The translations under genes and the position numbers were made by a program. From NCBI GenBank assembly GCA_030390025.1, contig CM059432.1:126482001-126546000 (forward strand): DNA of 64,000 nt, written 5' to 3'. The notes below the pieces were generated by a model, which saw nothing but the letters and a program-made list of their open reading frames with translations, made no database searches and was not told the DNA's origin. The stretch comes from Squalus acanthias (lineage: Eukaryota). Positions 1 through 9,625 of this stretch are shown here, piece by piece. Position 1 is the first letter of the stretch. Each line of letters opens with the position of its first letter.

Positions 1-360
1 AGCGAGAATTCCGGATATTTGGGTGCCGGATAAACGAAAGTTTCCTGTACCTGCAGGATCTGGGACCAGATGGAAAAGGCAGCACACAAAAGATTCTGGC
101 AAGGAAATAGTACTCAACTATGCTATTTATCTTGTGGATAGCCCAAAGGTTGCTTGCAGCAAAGTTCTGCCCGTTCCACATGTACTCCTCAACCATGCCA
201 AGCCCTCATGCAACCTTACAACTTGTTCTTTGCATCTCATACATACCCACGCCTCAGAATGGCACATCTTCCAGATGCATTATAGAATCGGAAACTTTGC
301 CACACTCATATCTTGCCAGACCCTAACAGCTCAAGTAATTTTAGAACAACGTGGCTGCAT

Positions 361-562
361 TTTTTTCTTTTTTTATTCGTTTATGGGATGTGGGCATCAC
401 TGGCAAGGCCAGCATTTATTGCCCATCCCTAATTGCCCTCGAGAAGGTGGTGGTGAGCCGCGTTCTTGAACCGCTGCAGTCCGTGTGGTGAAGGTACTCT
501 CACACTGCTGTTAGGTAGGGAGTTCCAGGATTTTGACCCAGCGACGATGAAGGAACGGCGAT
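361..562 (-). mobile_element. 3' terminal fragment of the tRNA-headed LINE family (same family as 33008-36005)
   Basis: Reverse complement matches the 3' ends at 22850-23030 and 35830-36005 (GGGCAATTAGGGATGGGCAATAAATGCTGGCC...CACATCCCATAAACGAATAAAA). Confidence 0.85.
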
Positions 563-2336
563 GCACAGTCACTCACCAACATGCAGGTTGTGTCCATGTC
601 TGTCCCTGTGCACGTGCTCCTTTAAATTCTAACCTCTTGTGGTGACATTTCTGCTGAGATAACCAAATGCTACCCGAGTACTCAATCCTAACCTGGAGAG
701 CAACCTCCTTCATCAAGTCTCTCCTGATATATTGAAGAAGCTCTAGTGAGATCTGTGGACCTCTCCACCTGGGTGATGGGTCTGTGCCACCACATCAGAT
801 GCAGGCAGACATCAGGCATCTCTCTGGTGAATCCGCTGGAAATCCTCCTGGTCCTCCACCATCCAAAGGGCAAGAGGAATTCCAAAGGAATGCCCATCCT
901 ACCAGCAGGGACAATTGCACTTGACAGTGAAACACCCATCATGACCTGTAGGTAGTAACAAGGATCAAATTAAACAGTAACTGGAATTGGGAAAAGACCC
1001 AGAAAAGGCAATGCTTCTAATTCAATTGAACCAAAAAAAGCCACAAAATAAATTTTAAAAAAAGTTTTACTTACCAGTTTGAGAGCAATACAACTTTAAA
1101 AAGGTGCTTGGAGGCATTTCCTGCAGCTCTACTCTAGCTTTGTTCGGCACACCCGGATGTGCTTGCTACAATGGAGAAGAGTACCGCAATTTCCAGAGAA
1201 GACAGGAAAAGCCTTCAGAATGCCCCCAAATGCATATAATAATGAGGCTTGCACCATGGAGCCTCATTTTCCCCGGCGTAGACCCAGCACAAAACCCATC
1301 GCAGACACAGATGGCAGACGAATCAAAACCCCAATTTTCTGCTCCCTCTGCGCCGTACTTGAGCCCGCACCACTGGCACAAGGTGGGGGGCACAACTTCA
1401 GGTCCTAAAGTGTGAGGGATGTCATTTGAGTTTACTATAATGCACCTCCTCCTTAGACCTGGCATATTGTGTGCACTACCCAACTCCTAATCTCCGATTT
1501 GTTTTCTAACTGCCCTCCCTGTGCCCTACCTGGCTGCAAAGTTTCAGTGGGAGTAAGTTATGATTCCAGATGGCCTTGTGCCTCCTTATGCTGCTGCTGG
1601 AGATGGCTCTGAAGTATAGTCACGCATGCTAAGCATTCGGCAACCTGTTCCTGTGATGGCAAGACGACACACGATAAGCTTCTATGAAAGCTCTTAGGAA
1701 TGGTCAACATAAAATGGGTTACAGGTTATGAAGGTAAACATTGTGGCATGCATGCTCGGAACAGGTGTCTGGAACAGAAAACTCGAGCTTTACCTTAGCA
1801 ACTTTATTTAGGTCAGACACCTTCCTGTTCTGTATGCAGATTGTTGGATCCTGCAAACGTCACTGACTCTGTTTGCAATCTGCTCTCAGGCTTGCTGGAC
1901 TAGCCTCTCTTGAGGATGATGCCCGTCTTCCCATACAGGACATCCCTCCTTTCCCACTCTTCATAAATGAGGACAGTCAGCGCTCTCGCTCTGGTAGCCT
2001 CCATTTACAGGAATCCTGTGGCTTTAAACCCTGGCCTGCTCTCTCCCGAGTACTTAAGCACCGCACTGTGTATTCGATCCAATCACTTCGTTGGACAGCC
2101 CACTTTCCGGGTAGAAGATTGCACAGTTTGCACATGCAGCTGAAAACAGCAACATCAGAGGTTTAACATGGCGGCAAGATTTCTCCTATAAATCTTTCGT
2201 AACCCACAGTTAATGTCCAAATAGCACACCAACAGCAATTTCTAGGCTTTAGTTTCCTTGCACCAGTCCTGAATAGTAAGTCCCAGATTGTGAATGATAA
2301 TTTTCTATATCCAACTACTTGTCTTTCAAATTTATG

Positions 2337-3105
2337 GGGCCAAATTTTGCTGTAGTAGGGCATCTAACGGCGTCTGCCCGTGCACATTTAGGTTTTTAAT
2401 TTTTTTCGTGTGGCAAGTTGCTGGAAGCATGAGCTGATACCGTCATAGCAAAGGAAACAAGGCATCTGAGCGAACAGGGCAAGCAACTGTGTAACCCCTT
2501 AATCAATCAGATTGAAGGATTGTGAAATTAACAGCGCAAGGACTGAGAAGGAAGTGTAAATAAGAGTGGGTGAATTCAATGTCAAATCAGATACAGAAAG
2601 AGAAATAAACAGGAAAGAAAGATTGGATTGAGAGAGAGAGAGAAAAAAGATAGAAAAGAAAAGTAAAAAAAAAGTTTTTAATTTTTAATTTTTAATTGTT
2701 AAAATCTCCAACAACAATTAAAACCTGAAGGAACGAGACTCCACACTTGTAATAGTTAATTATCAGTGTCACAGAGTTTGCTTGGCAGTAAGTACATTTA
2801 TCACATCAGTCAAACGGTACTTAGACTGGAATGGACAAGACTTAACTCTCTGTGGCGAGTTTAGTTCGTATCTACCGGGCAAATACAGCAACTTCACACC
2901 ATTTAATGCATTTCAATGGTGAAGCAGACAGAGAGATGCTGTTTTCGCAAAGCTAATGGCGGAGTGGCACAACTCGGACAGCAACTTTTGCATATTTGAG
3001 TTTATCCACACATCTGCTCCTCGCCTGGAGTTGCTGTATCATTTGTGCAAAAATAATGGCGAGCACCATTAGCCTCACCGTTATTTTGACAGCAAAATCT
3101 GGGCC
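2337..3105. mobile_element. MITE (non-autonomous DNA transposon, probably PIF/Harbinger type)
   Basis: Imperfect TIRs GGGCCAAATTTTGCTGT (2337-2353) and ACAGCAAAATCTGGGCC (3089-3105), 15/17 match; TTAT lies one base outside each end; no coding capacity. Confidence 0.65.
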
Positions 3106-3284
3106 GTTATGAATTCTTTGTAGTTTTCCCTGAACAGAACAAAAGACATGATTCAAAATGCCTCCCTGCCAGCCACAGGCCTGGCTCTCACTTTACCCTT
3201 CTGAGTAATAGAATTCTGCTTCCATTCAGTAAATTAAATGAACAAGGAATTGGTTGCTGCTTGCGATTTTAACGCATTACTTTC

Positions 3285-3448
3285 TATGGATTCTGAGCAG
3301 CAAAGTCTCAGCAAAAACAAACGCTGCCGTGTCAGTGAATAAAAGAAAAAAGAGATTGCATTTATATAGCGCCTTTCGCTACGTCAGGACGCCCCAAAGC
3401 GCCAATAAAGTACTTTCGAGGTGTAGTCACTGTTGTAATGTAGGGAAA
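3285..3448 (-). mobile_element. Deu-domain SINE 3' tail fragment
   Basis: TTGCATTTATATAGCGCCTTT...GTAGTCACTGTTGTAATGTAGG matches the tail of the full SINE at 45419-45878. Confidence 0.75.
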
Positions 3449-3995
3449 GTACCTTCAAAAAAGGAGTTGAGTAAACATCCCAGCCCTGAAATTCCATAGG
3501 GGGCTCTCCTGGTTTCCTGCCATAACTTTGGCGGATCCCTAGGAAACCAGCCATGTACGCCATTTCCCTCGGGGTTCGACCAGTTTCCCTCCAGAATCAC
3601 AGTGAGAGACCGGTTGAACCCGTACAGAATTGAAGGCCCCGGTTAGGAAAGGCATTAGAGATTAACAGAATAGGTATAGAATGAAATTAAATACTCCAGG
3701 AGGCATAATAATCCATCGTTGTTCAGGGCAAGGAAGAAGAAACAAATATTTGCGGAGGTTTGAAAAGTCAGGGGTGCTGCTATGTGGCCGCACAGTAGGG
3801 CAGATACAGCAGAAAATGTAACTGGAACTGCACCATTATTAGCAGTCAGTGAACATGTTTTACCTTTGCTCTCTTTACCCATCCAAAAAAAAAACGGTCC
3901 TTCTATTAGCTGCCAAAAGCCCAAAGAATCCATAGGGTTAACCGGAAAACTCGATTTAACCGATCTGCATTAAACTACCTTTTCACATACACTAC

Positions 3996-4189
3996 TGTGG
4001 TAACACAATACAGCTTCCTGTGACTCGAACTTTATTGCATCACTTCCTGTGATTAGTCCAGGATAAATACTGGACTGATCAGTTGGATCCTGAAGAGGCA
4101 TAGAGTAAGACCTCTTTTGTATGTAGCACCTTTTTAGTTGATTAAAGCTTACTTTAAGTTCACCACGCGTAAGGCTCATTCTTACGACA
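3996..4189 (+). repeat. 5' LTR (194 bp)
   Basis: TGTGGTAAC...CTTACGACA, identical to 8266-8459; contains ATTAAA (4141-4146) and Inr-like TTAGTT (4134-4139). Confidence 0.97.
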
Positions 4190-4190
4190 A

Positions 4191-4201
4191 TTTAATCAAC
4201 T
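4191..4201 (+). promoter_or_regulatory. Self-complementary primer-binding site (no tRNA PBS)
   Basis: TTTAATCAACT starts 1 nt after the 5' LTR and is the exact reverse complement of LTR positions 4136-4146 (AGTTGATTAAA); no TGG directly after the LTR. Confidence 0.8.
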
Positions 4202-4266
4202 TTGGAAAACTTCGCACTCAAACTTTTTGGACGAACTCGGAACTAAGGATCAGGGAATCACCCATC

Positions 4267-7200
4267 ATGGAAAACATCCTTAAACCATCGCGTCTTGACT
4301 TGGACCCAAACACCCCAGCAGCCGGTAAGGTGTGGAAACACTGGTATCGCACGTTTGACAATTTTCTGGAATATTGTAAGGCTGATGAGGACTCAAAGTT
4401 GCGGATACTCATCAACTGTGTCACCCCGAATGTATTTCAGTATGTGGAGGAATGGGACAGTTACGAGGAGGCAATTCGGAAGCTTAAGAGACTATATACT
4501 AAGACACCGAATGAGGTCTATGCCAGACATCTACTTGCTACAGCCCAACAAGGGCCGGAGGAATCCATTGATAAATTCCTCCAAGAGCTTCGCAGACTTA
4601 GTATGGACTGTAACTTTCGGGCGGCCTCAGCTGAGCTGTACCGTGAAGAAATGATCCGTGATGCTTTCATCTGCGGGCTTGCCTCCCCATTTATACGCCA
4701 GCATCTACTGGAAAGTAAGACACTTGAGCTTCAGAAAGCTTATGACATGGCTTGCTCTCTAGATCTGGCAAAAAGAAATACAGACCTTTATACAGTGCCC
4801 AGACCTCGGTCTACTGCCTTAACTACAGTCAGGCAATTTAAGAGGCCACAGGTGAACTCTATTAGGGAGGTCTTTATCCCTGACGATCAATCTGATGACT
4901 TCACTGATGAAGAGGATGATGACCCCACTGTGGCAGCCTCTTGGCAATCTAAGAAATGCTTCTTTTGTGGTGATGAGTTCCACCCTCGGAAATTCTGCCC
5001 TGCTCGCAATGCGTTTTGCAGTCATTGCAACAAAAAGGGTCATTTTGCAAAGGTTTGCCTATCAAGAGCCTCTACGAGGGCTTATCAAGCTAAGTCCTAC
5101 CGAACTGCCCCGGTAAGGGCCTATCAAGATGTTCCGGCTAAAATCTATCGTGCTTCCTCTCGAAGAAACACACCTAGAGTTTCAGCCACTCTTTGTGCAA
5201 CGACACCAATTACAGCTGCTTGTCCTCAGAACCTATTCCATGCAGCTACAAAAGCATCAATTAATGGACATACTTTAGATGCCTTAATTGACTCAGGTAG
5301 CACTGATAGTTTCATTAGGGAACAGATTGTTGCAGAGTTAAAGCTACATGTTTTCCCATCGGACCAGGCAGTTGCGATGGCTCAGTCATCACTTAATACC
5401 AGAATTTCTGGCTTTTGTATGGTTGAAATAACACTTAATGGTCGCAGGTATCCCTCCACCCGGCTTTCGGTGCTCAAGGACTTATGTAGTGATCTTATCT
5501 TAGGGCTGGATTTTCAAAAGCAGCATAAGAAGCTCACCATTGAGTTCGGCGGATCCAAACCTGAACTCACTATTTCTAATATACTACCTCGATTACCGTT
5601 CTGTGCATTGTCAGCAGCTTCACTGGATGAACCCTCACTGTTTTCCAGTATCCCTCCTCGATGCAAACCGATTATAACAAAGTCACGACGTTTCAGTCAG
5701 GAAGACCAGTCTTTTATTGCGGCTGAGATTTCTCGGCTTTTAGCAGAGGATATCATCGAGCCTTGTTCGTCGCCATGGCGCGCCCAGGTCGTTATTGTTA
5801 AGAACCCTCTACAACCTCACAAGAAACGGCTGTGCATTGACTATTCACAGACCATCAATCAATATACGGACTTGGACGCATACCCATTGCCGCGCATCGA
5901 TGATATGGTTAATAAATTGGCTGAGTACACGGTGTTCTCAACATATGATCTGAAAAGTGCCTATCAGGTACCCTTGAAGGTCTCCGACAAGCAGTATACG
6001 GCCTTTGAAGCCAATGGACGGCTGTATCAATTTCGTCGCCTCCCCTTTGGGGTCACTAATGGAGTGGCTGTCTTCCAGCGAGCAATGGATGACCTGGTCA
6101 AACAGGAAGACTTGAAGGATACGTTTCCTTATCTGGACAATATTACTGTCGCAGGTCGCAATCAGCGGGAACATGACGCCAATCTCCAACGATTTTGGGA
6201 TGCACTCCAGCACCGTAATTTGACATTAAATGCGGCTAAATCCATTGAGTCACAACCAACCATCAACATCCTTGGCTATTGTGTGGGCAATGGCATCATT
6301 AAACCTGACCCTGAAAGGCTTCGCCCACTCCAAGAACTCCCGCCACCTAAGAATCCGGCCTCCTTGCGCCGGGCCCTCGGCCTGTTTGCATACTATGCTA
6401 AATGGATTCCTAACTTCTCGGACCGAATCCAACCTCTACTGAAGGCCAGCACATTCCCACTAGACACAGCGGCTGTTGCAGCCTTTAACCTCCTGAAAAA
6501 ACAGTTGGAGAAAGCGACTCTTCAATCCATCGATGAGAGTCTTCCTTTTGTCGTTGGGTGTGATGCCTCGGAGGTGGCGATCTCGGCCACTCTGAATCAG
6601 GAAGGTCGTCCGGTGGCATTTTTGTCCAGGACTTTTCAAGGGGCTGAGCTACATTATCCTCCAGTCGAGAAAGAAGCTACAGCCATCATAGAGGCAGTAC
6701 GGAAGTGGAGTCACCTCCTAGCTCGCCAGCACTTTACCTTAATCACGGACCAGCGATCGGTCGCCTTCATGCTCGATAATCGAAAACGGACCAAAATTAA
6801 AAATAATAAAATCCAGCTTTGGCGGCTGGAATTGGCCTCTTTTGGTTACACCATCCACTATCGACCTGGCAAGGAGAATGTGGCTCCAGATACCCTCACA
6901 CGAGCATTCTGCTCCGCCATGGCACCCTCTACGCTCGTAGACATCCATGATGGGTTGTGTCATCCGGGCGTTACTCGCATGCTACACTTCGTGCGGTCCC
7001 GAAATCTCCCATTCTCTACCGGGGATGTAAAGAAGATGTGCTCGGACTGCAGAGTCTGTGCGGAATTGAAACCTCGGTTTTTCCGCCCCTCGGGTGGTAT
7101 ACTCATACATGCGACCCAGCCAATGCAACGGCTTAGCATCGATTTTAAGGGGCCGTTGCCCTCTTCAACTCGCAACACTTATCTATTGACCATGGTCGAG

Positions 7201-8202
7201 GAGTATTCCTGTTTTCCGTTTGCCTTTCCCTGGCCCAATATGCTGACGACCACGGTTATCAGCTGCCTTGAGCAGGTATTTGCTTTCTGTGGCATGGCAT
7301 CCTATGTTCATTCGGATCGGGGCCCTTCTTTTATGTCAGGAGAACTCAAGGCCTATCTCTCGGAACGGGGTATTGCTGCCAGCAAAACGACGCCTTATCA
7401 TCCGGTCGGGAATGGGCAAGTCGAGCGTTTTAACGCTATCATCTGGAATGCGGTACGTCTGGCTTTGAGATCTCGGGGCCTACCCAACCAGCAATGGGAA
7501 GCAGTACTTCCAGACGCATTACACTCCACACGGTCCCTCCTTTTGACCACCACAAATACGACGCCTCATGAACGGTTCTTCCGATTTCAGCGTCGCTCAT
7601 CCTATGGGATATCTCTCCCGTCGTGGCTGACTGCACCGGGATCAGTGCTACTCCGAAGATATGTCCGGGCGTCTAAGAATGACCCCCTGGTAGATGAGGT
7701 TGAGCTCACTGACGTCAACCCTACCTACGCCTATATTCGGTATCCTGATGGTCGGGAATCTACCGTGTCATTGCGGGATCTGGCTCCCTGCCTGCTGAAA
7801 CATAGAGGGACACCAGGGGATGATATTGTACCAGGCACATCTCTGGGCTCGCCAGGTGCCTCTCATCACGATCTGGATCTGACGCCGGCTGGTACCTCAC
7901 TCCAGCGTGCCGACCTGGGGCAGACTGACTATGAGCCCGTCGGGGCTCGCACGCGCAGCCACGATCCACCCTGTACCGTACGCTCGGAAACGGATCTGCC
8001 ACAGCCCTGCCCGACACCCGTTCGGGCACCAGTACACAGTCAGGATCGTCCTGACCCCTCACAGAGCGGGCTGGATCACTCGGACTCTGGTCCACGGCCC
8101 GCGGCGGGTAAACGGGCTAGGGGCCCTCTACCGCTACGAGAACCCAAACGGGTGCGGCTCTCCCTCGTCCAGCGGCTACGAAATGGAGGGAGAATGTGGT
8201 AA
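4267..8202 (+). CDS. Gag-Pol polyprotein (1311 aa from the ATG at 4267)
   Basis: Twin Zn knuckles CFFCGDEFHPRKFC and CSHCNKKGHFAKVC; protease LIDSGS; RT motifs LCIDYSQTIN, LPFGVTNG, YLDN; RNase H CDAS...EKE...TD; integrase HHCC (HDGLCHPG...CRVC) and D-D-E (IDFKG, SDRG, VERFN). No env or chromodomain seen. Confidence 0.95.
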   Translation: MENILKPSRLDLDPNTPAAGKVWKHWYRTFDNFLEYCKADEDSKLRILINCVTPNVFQYVEEWDSYEEAIRKLKRLYTKTPNEVYARHLLATAQQGPEESIDKFLQELRRLSMDCNFRAASAELYREEMIRDAFICGLASPFIRQHLLESKTLELQKAYDMACSLDLAKRNTDLYTVPRPRSTALTTVRQFKRPQVNSIREVFIPDDQSDDFTDEEDDDPTVAASWQSKKCFFCGDEFHPRKFCPARNAFCSHCNKKGHFAKVCLSRASTRAYQAKSYRTAPVRAYQDVPAKIYRASSRRNTPRVSATLCATTPITAACPQNLFHAATKASINGHTLDALIDSGSTDSFIREQIVAELKLHVFPSDQAVAMAQSSLNTRISGFCMVEITLNGRRYPSTRLSVLKDLCSDLILGLDFQKQHKKLTIEFGGSKPELTISNILPRLPFCALSAASLDEPSLFSSIPPRCKPIITKSRRFSQEDQSFIAAEISRLLAEDIIEPCSSPWRAQVVIVKNPLQPHKKRLCIDYSQTINQYTDLDAYPLPRIDDMVNKLAEYTVFSTYDLKSAYQVPLKVSDKQYTAFEANGRLYQFRRLPFGVTNGVAVFQRAMDDLVKQEDLKDTFPYLDNITVAGRNQREHDANLQRFWDALQHRNLTLNAAKSIESQPTINILGYCVGNGIIKPDPERLRPLQELPPPKNPASLRRALGLFAYYAKWIPNFSDRIQPLLKASTFPLDTAAVAAFNLLKKQLEKATLQSIDESLPFVVGCDASEVAISATLNQEGRPVAFLSRTFQGAELHYPPVEKEATAIIEAVRKWSHLLARQHFTLITDQRSVAFMLDNRKRTKIKNNKIQLWRLELASFGYTIHYRPGKENVAPDTLTRAFCSAMAPSTLVDIHDGLCHPGVTRMLHFVRSRNLPFSTGDVKKMCSDCRVCAELKPRFFRPSGGILIHATQPMQRLSIDFKGPLPSSTRNTYLLTMVEEYSCFPFAFPWPNMLTTTVISCLEQVFAFCGMASYVHSDRGPSFMSGELKAYLSERGIAASKTTPYHPVGNGQVERFNAIIWNAVRLALRSRGLPNQQWEAVLPDALHSTRSLLLTTTNTTPHERFFRFQRRSSYGISLPSWLTAPGSVLLRRYVRASKNDPLVDEVELTDVNPTYAYIRYPDGRESTVSLRDLAPCLLKHRGTPGDDIVPGTSLGSPGASHHDLDLTPAGTSLQRADLGQTDYEPVGARTRSHDPPCTVRSETDLPQPCPTPVRAPVHSQDRPDPSQSGLDHSDSGPRPAAGKRARGPLPLREPKRVRLSLVQRLRNGGRMW

Positions 8203-8231
8203 CACAATACAGCTTCCTGTGACTCGAACTT
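8185..8231 (+). repeat. Extra PPT-like tract plus 37-bp copy of the LTR 5' end
   Basis: GGAGGGAGAA followed by TGTGGTAACACAATACAGCTTCCTGTGACTCGAACTT (8195-8231), starting 71 bp upstream of the true 3' LTR. Confidence 0.9.
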
Positions 8232-8265
8232 CATCCCGGCCTCCTAATCTTTTGGGGGGGGAGAA

Positions 8266-8459
8266 TGTGGTAACACAATACAGCTTCCTGTGACTCGAAC
8301 TTTATTGCATCACTTCCTGTGATTAGTCCAGGATAAATACTGGACTGATCAGTTGGATCCTGAAGAGGCATAGAGTAAGACCTCTTTTGTATGTAGCACC
8401 TTTTTAGTTGATTAAAGCTTACTTTAAGTTCACCACGCGTAAGGCTCATTCTTACGACA
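8266..8459 (+). repeat. 3' LTR (194 bp)
   Basis: Identical to the 5' LTR; preceded by a G-rich PPT ending GAGAA and followed by the TSD ACTAC. Confidence 0.97.
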
Positions 8460-9044
8460 ACTACTATAAAAGGAAACGCATTTTTGTTAATGTCAAACCA
8501 AAGAGAGGACAACAAAAGGCTATAATAAATTCATAGCATAAGAACATAAGAAATAGGAGCAGGAGTAGGCCACTTTCACACGAATCCTGAACATATCAGA
8601 ATATGAAAGGCAAATTGCTTGTGCATATTTCATGTGTCAAAGCATGGCTAACATCACTTATTCACTGCTGCCATTTGGCTACATCTACGGATATGAACAC
8701 AAGAATATACAGACAATAGAAACAGAGAATTCACAATTACTTTAGCAAAAAATTACTTTTCTATTTATTGGTGTGTTTCCTGCCCCACCAATTCTGAGGG
8801 TTTCCAATCAACACAATTACACATACAACATAATTACACACATAGCGACTGCCACTGTTAATGTAATTTGGTTGCAAACTGCACAGAGAGCCAACATTTT
8901 AAATTATGAATTTGCTCACATTTGTCCCCAGGTTTTGCTATTACACTGGATTTGAGATGTGGCAGGGCAGACTGAAGTGACCCTGGCTTTTCAGCCTGGA
9001 AAGGCAGCACCCGAGAGGTGATCTTATAAATACATGCAGCACTC

Positions 9045-9353
9045 TTGGAGATGCCACCTTTCAGACGAGATGTTAAACCCCGTCTGCCCTCTCAGGTGGA
9101 CGTAAAAGATCTATATTCGATGAAGGGTAGGAGCGTTTTCCCGGTGTCCTGGCCAACATTTATCCCTCAACCAACATCACTAAAACAGATGATCTGGTCA
9201 TTTATTTCATTGCTGTCTGTGGGAGCTTGCTGTGCGCAAATTGGCTGCTGCATTTCCTCCATTACAACAGTGACAACACTTCAAAACGACTTCATTGGCT
9301 GTAAAGCGCTTGAGGTCATAAAAGGCACTATATAAATGCAAGTTTTTCTTTCT
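9045..9353 (+). mobile_element. Deu-domain SINE (SacSINE1/AmnSINE1-like), 5'-truncated
   Basis: GAGATGTTAAACC...CAGGTGGACGTAAAAGATC...CCGGTGTCCTGGCCAA core and a GCACTATATAAATGCAAG tail. Confidence 0.8.
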
Positions 9354-9379
9354 CTACATGATAGTAAATGGCATGGAAA

Positions 9380-9625
9380 AGGTAAATCTGGAATATTACT
9401 TTAAATTAAATCATAGGAGTAGGATAAAGTAACTTTAGTGCTGATATCAGGAGGATCTTCATTCTCATGCAGAAAGGGACCAGCACTTGGAATGGACTTC
9501 CAGGCTGGGTGGTGGAAATGAAAACCCTGGAATTATTTAAGAAACAGTTAGATGCAGCAAAAAGGGGGCCTGTAGGCTGGTACTGAATGGATGAAGTAAT
9601 ATGGGCTGAATGGTCATCCTTATCC
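9380..9625 (+). mobile_element. Degenerate CR1 LINE 3' fragment
   Basis: Eroded CR1 3' motifs (AGGATCTTCATTCTCATGCAG, TTTAAGAAACAGTTAGATG, ATGGGCTGAATGG). Confidence 0.55.

Larger units (their letters stand above)
3996..8459 (+). mobile_element. Full-length Ty3/Gypsy LTR retrotransposon, very recent insertion
   Basis: Two identical TG...CA LTRs; 5-bp TSD ACTAC (3991-3995 and 8460-8464); PPT at 8254-8265; one open gag-pol ORF in PR-RT-RH-IN order. Confidence 0.97.

Noticed and set aside
4090..4120. Hammerhead-like CTGAAGA plus stem in the Gypsy LTR
   Set aside because: The AGAGG/CCTCT stem is not followed by GAAA, so the catalytic core is incomplete.
4203..4220. TGG-starting tRNA PBS
   Set aside because: Lies 13 nt away from the LTR end and I recognise no tRNA 3' complement; a database check is still advisable.
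4138..4266. N-terminal 43 codons of the 1354-aa ORF in the track
   Set aside because: Starts at a TTG inside the LTR and spans the PBS; the first ATG, at 4267, is the plausible start.
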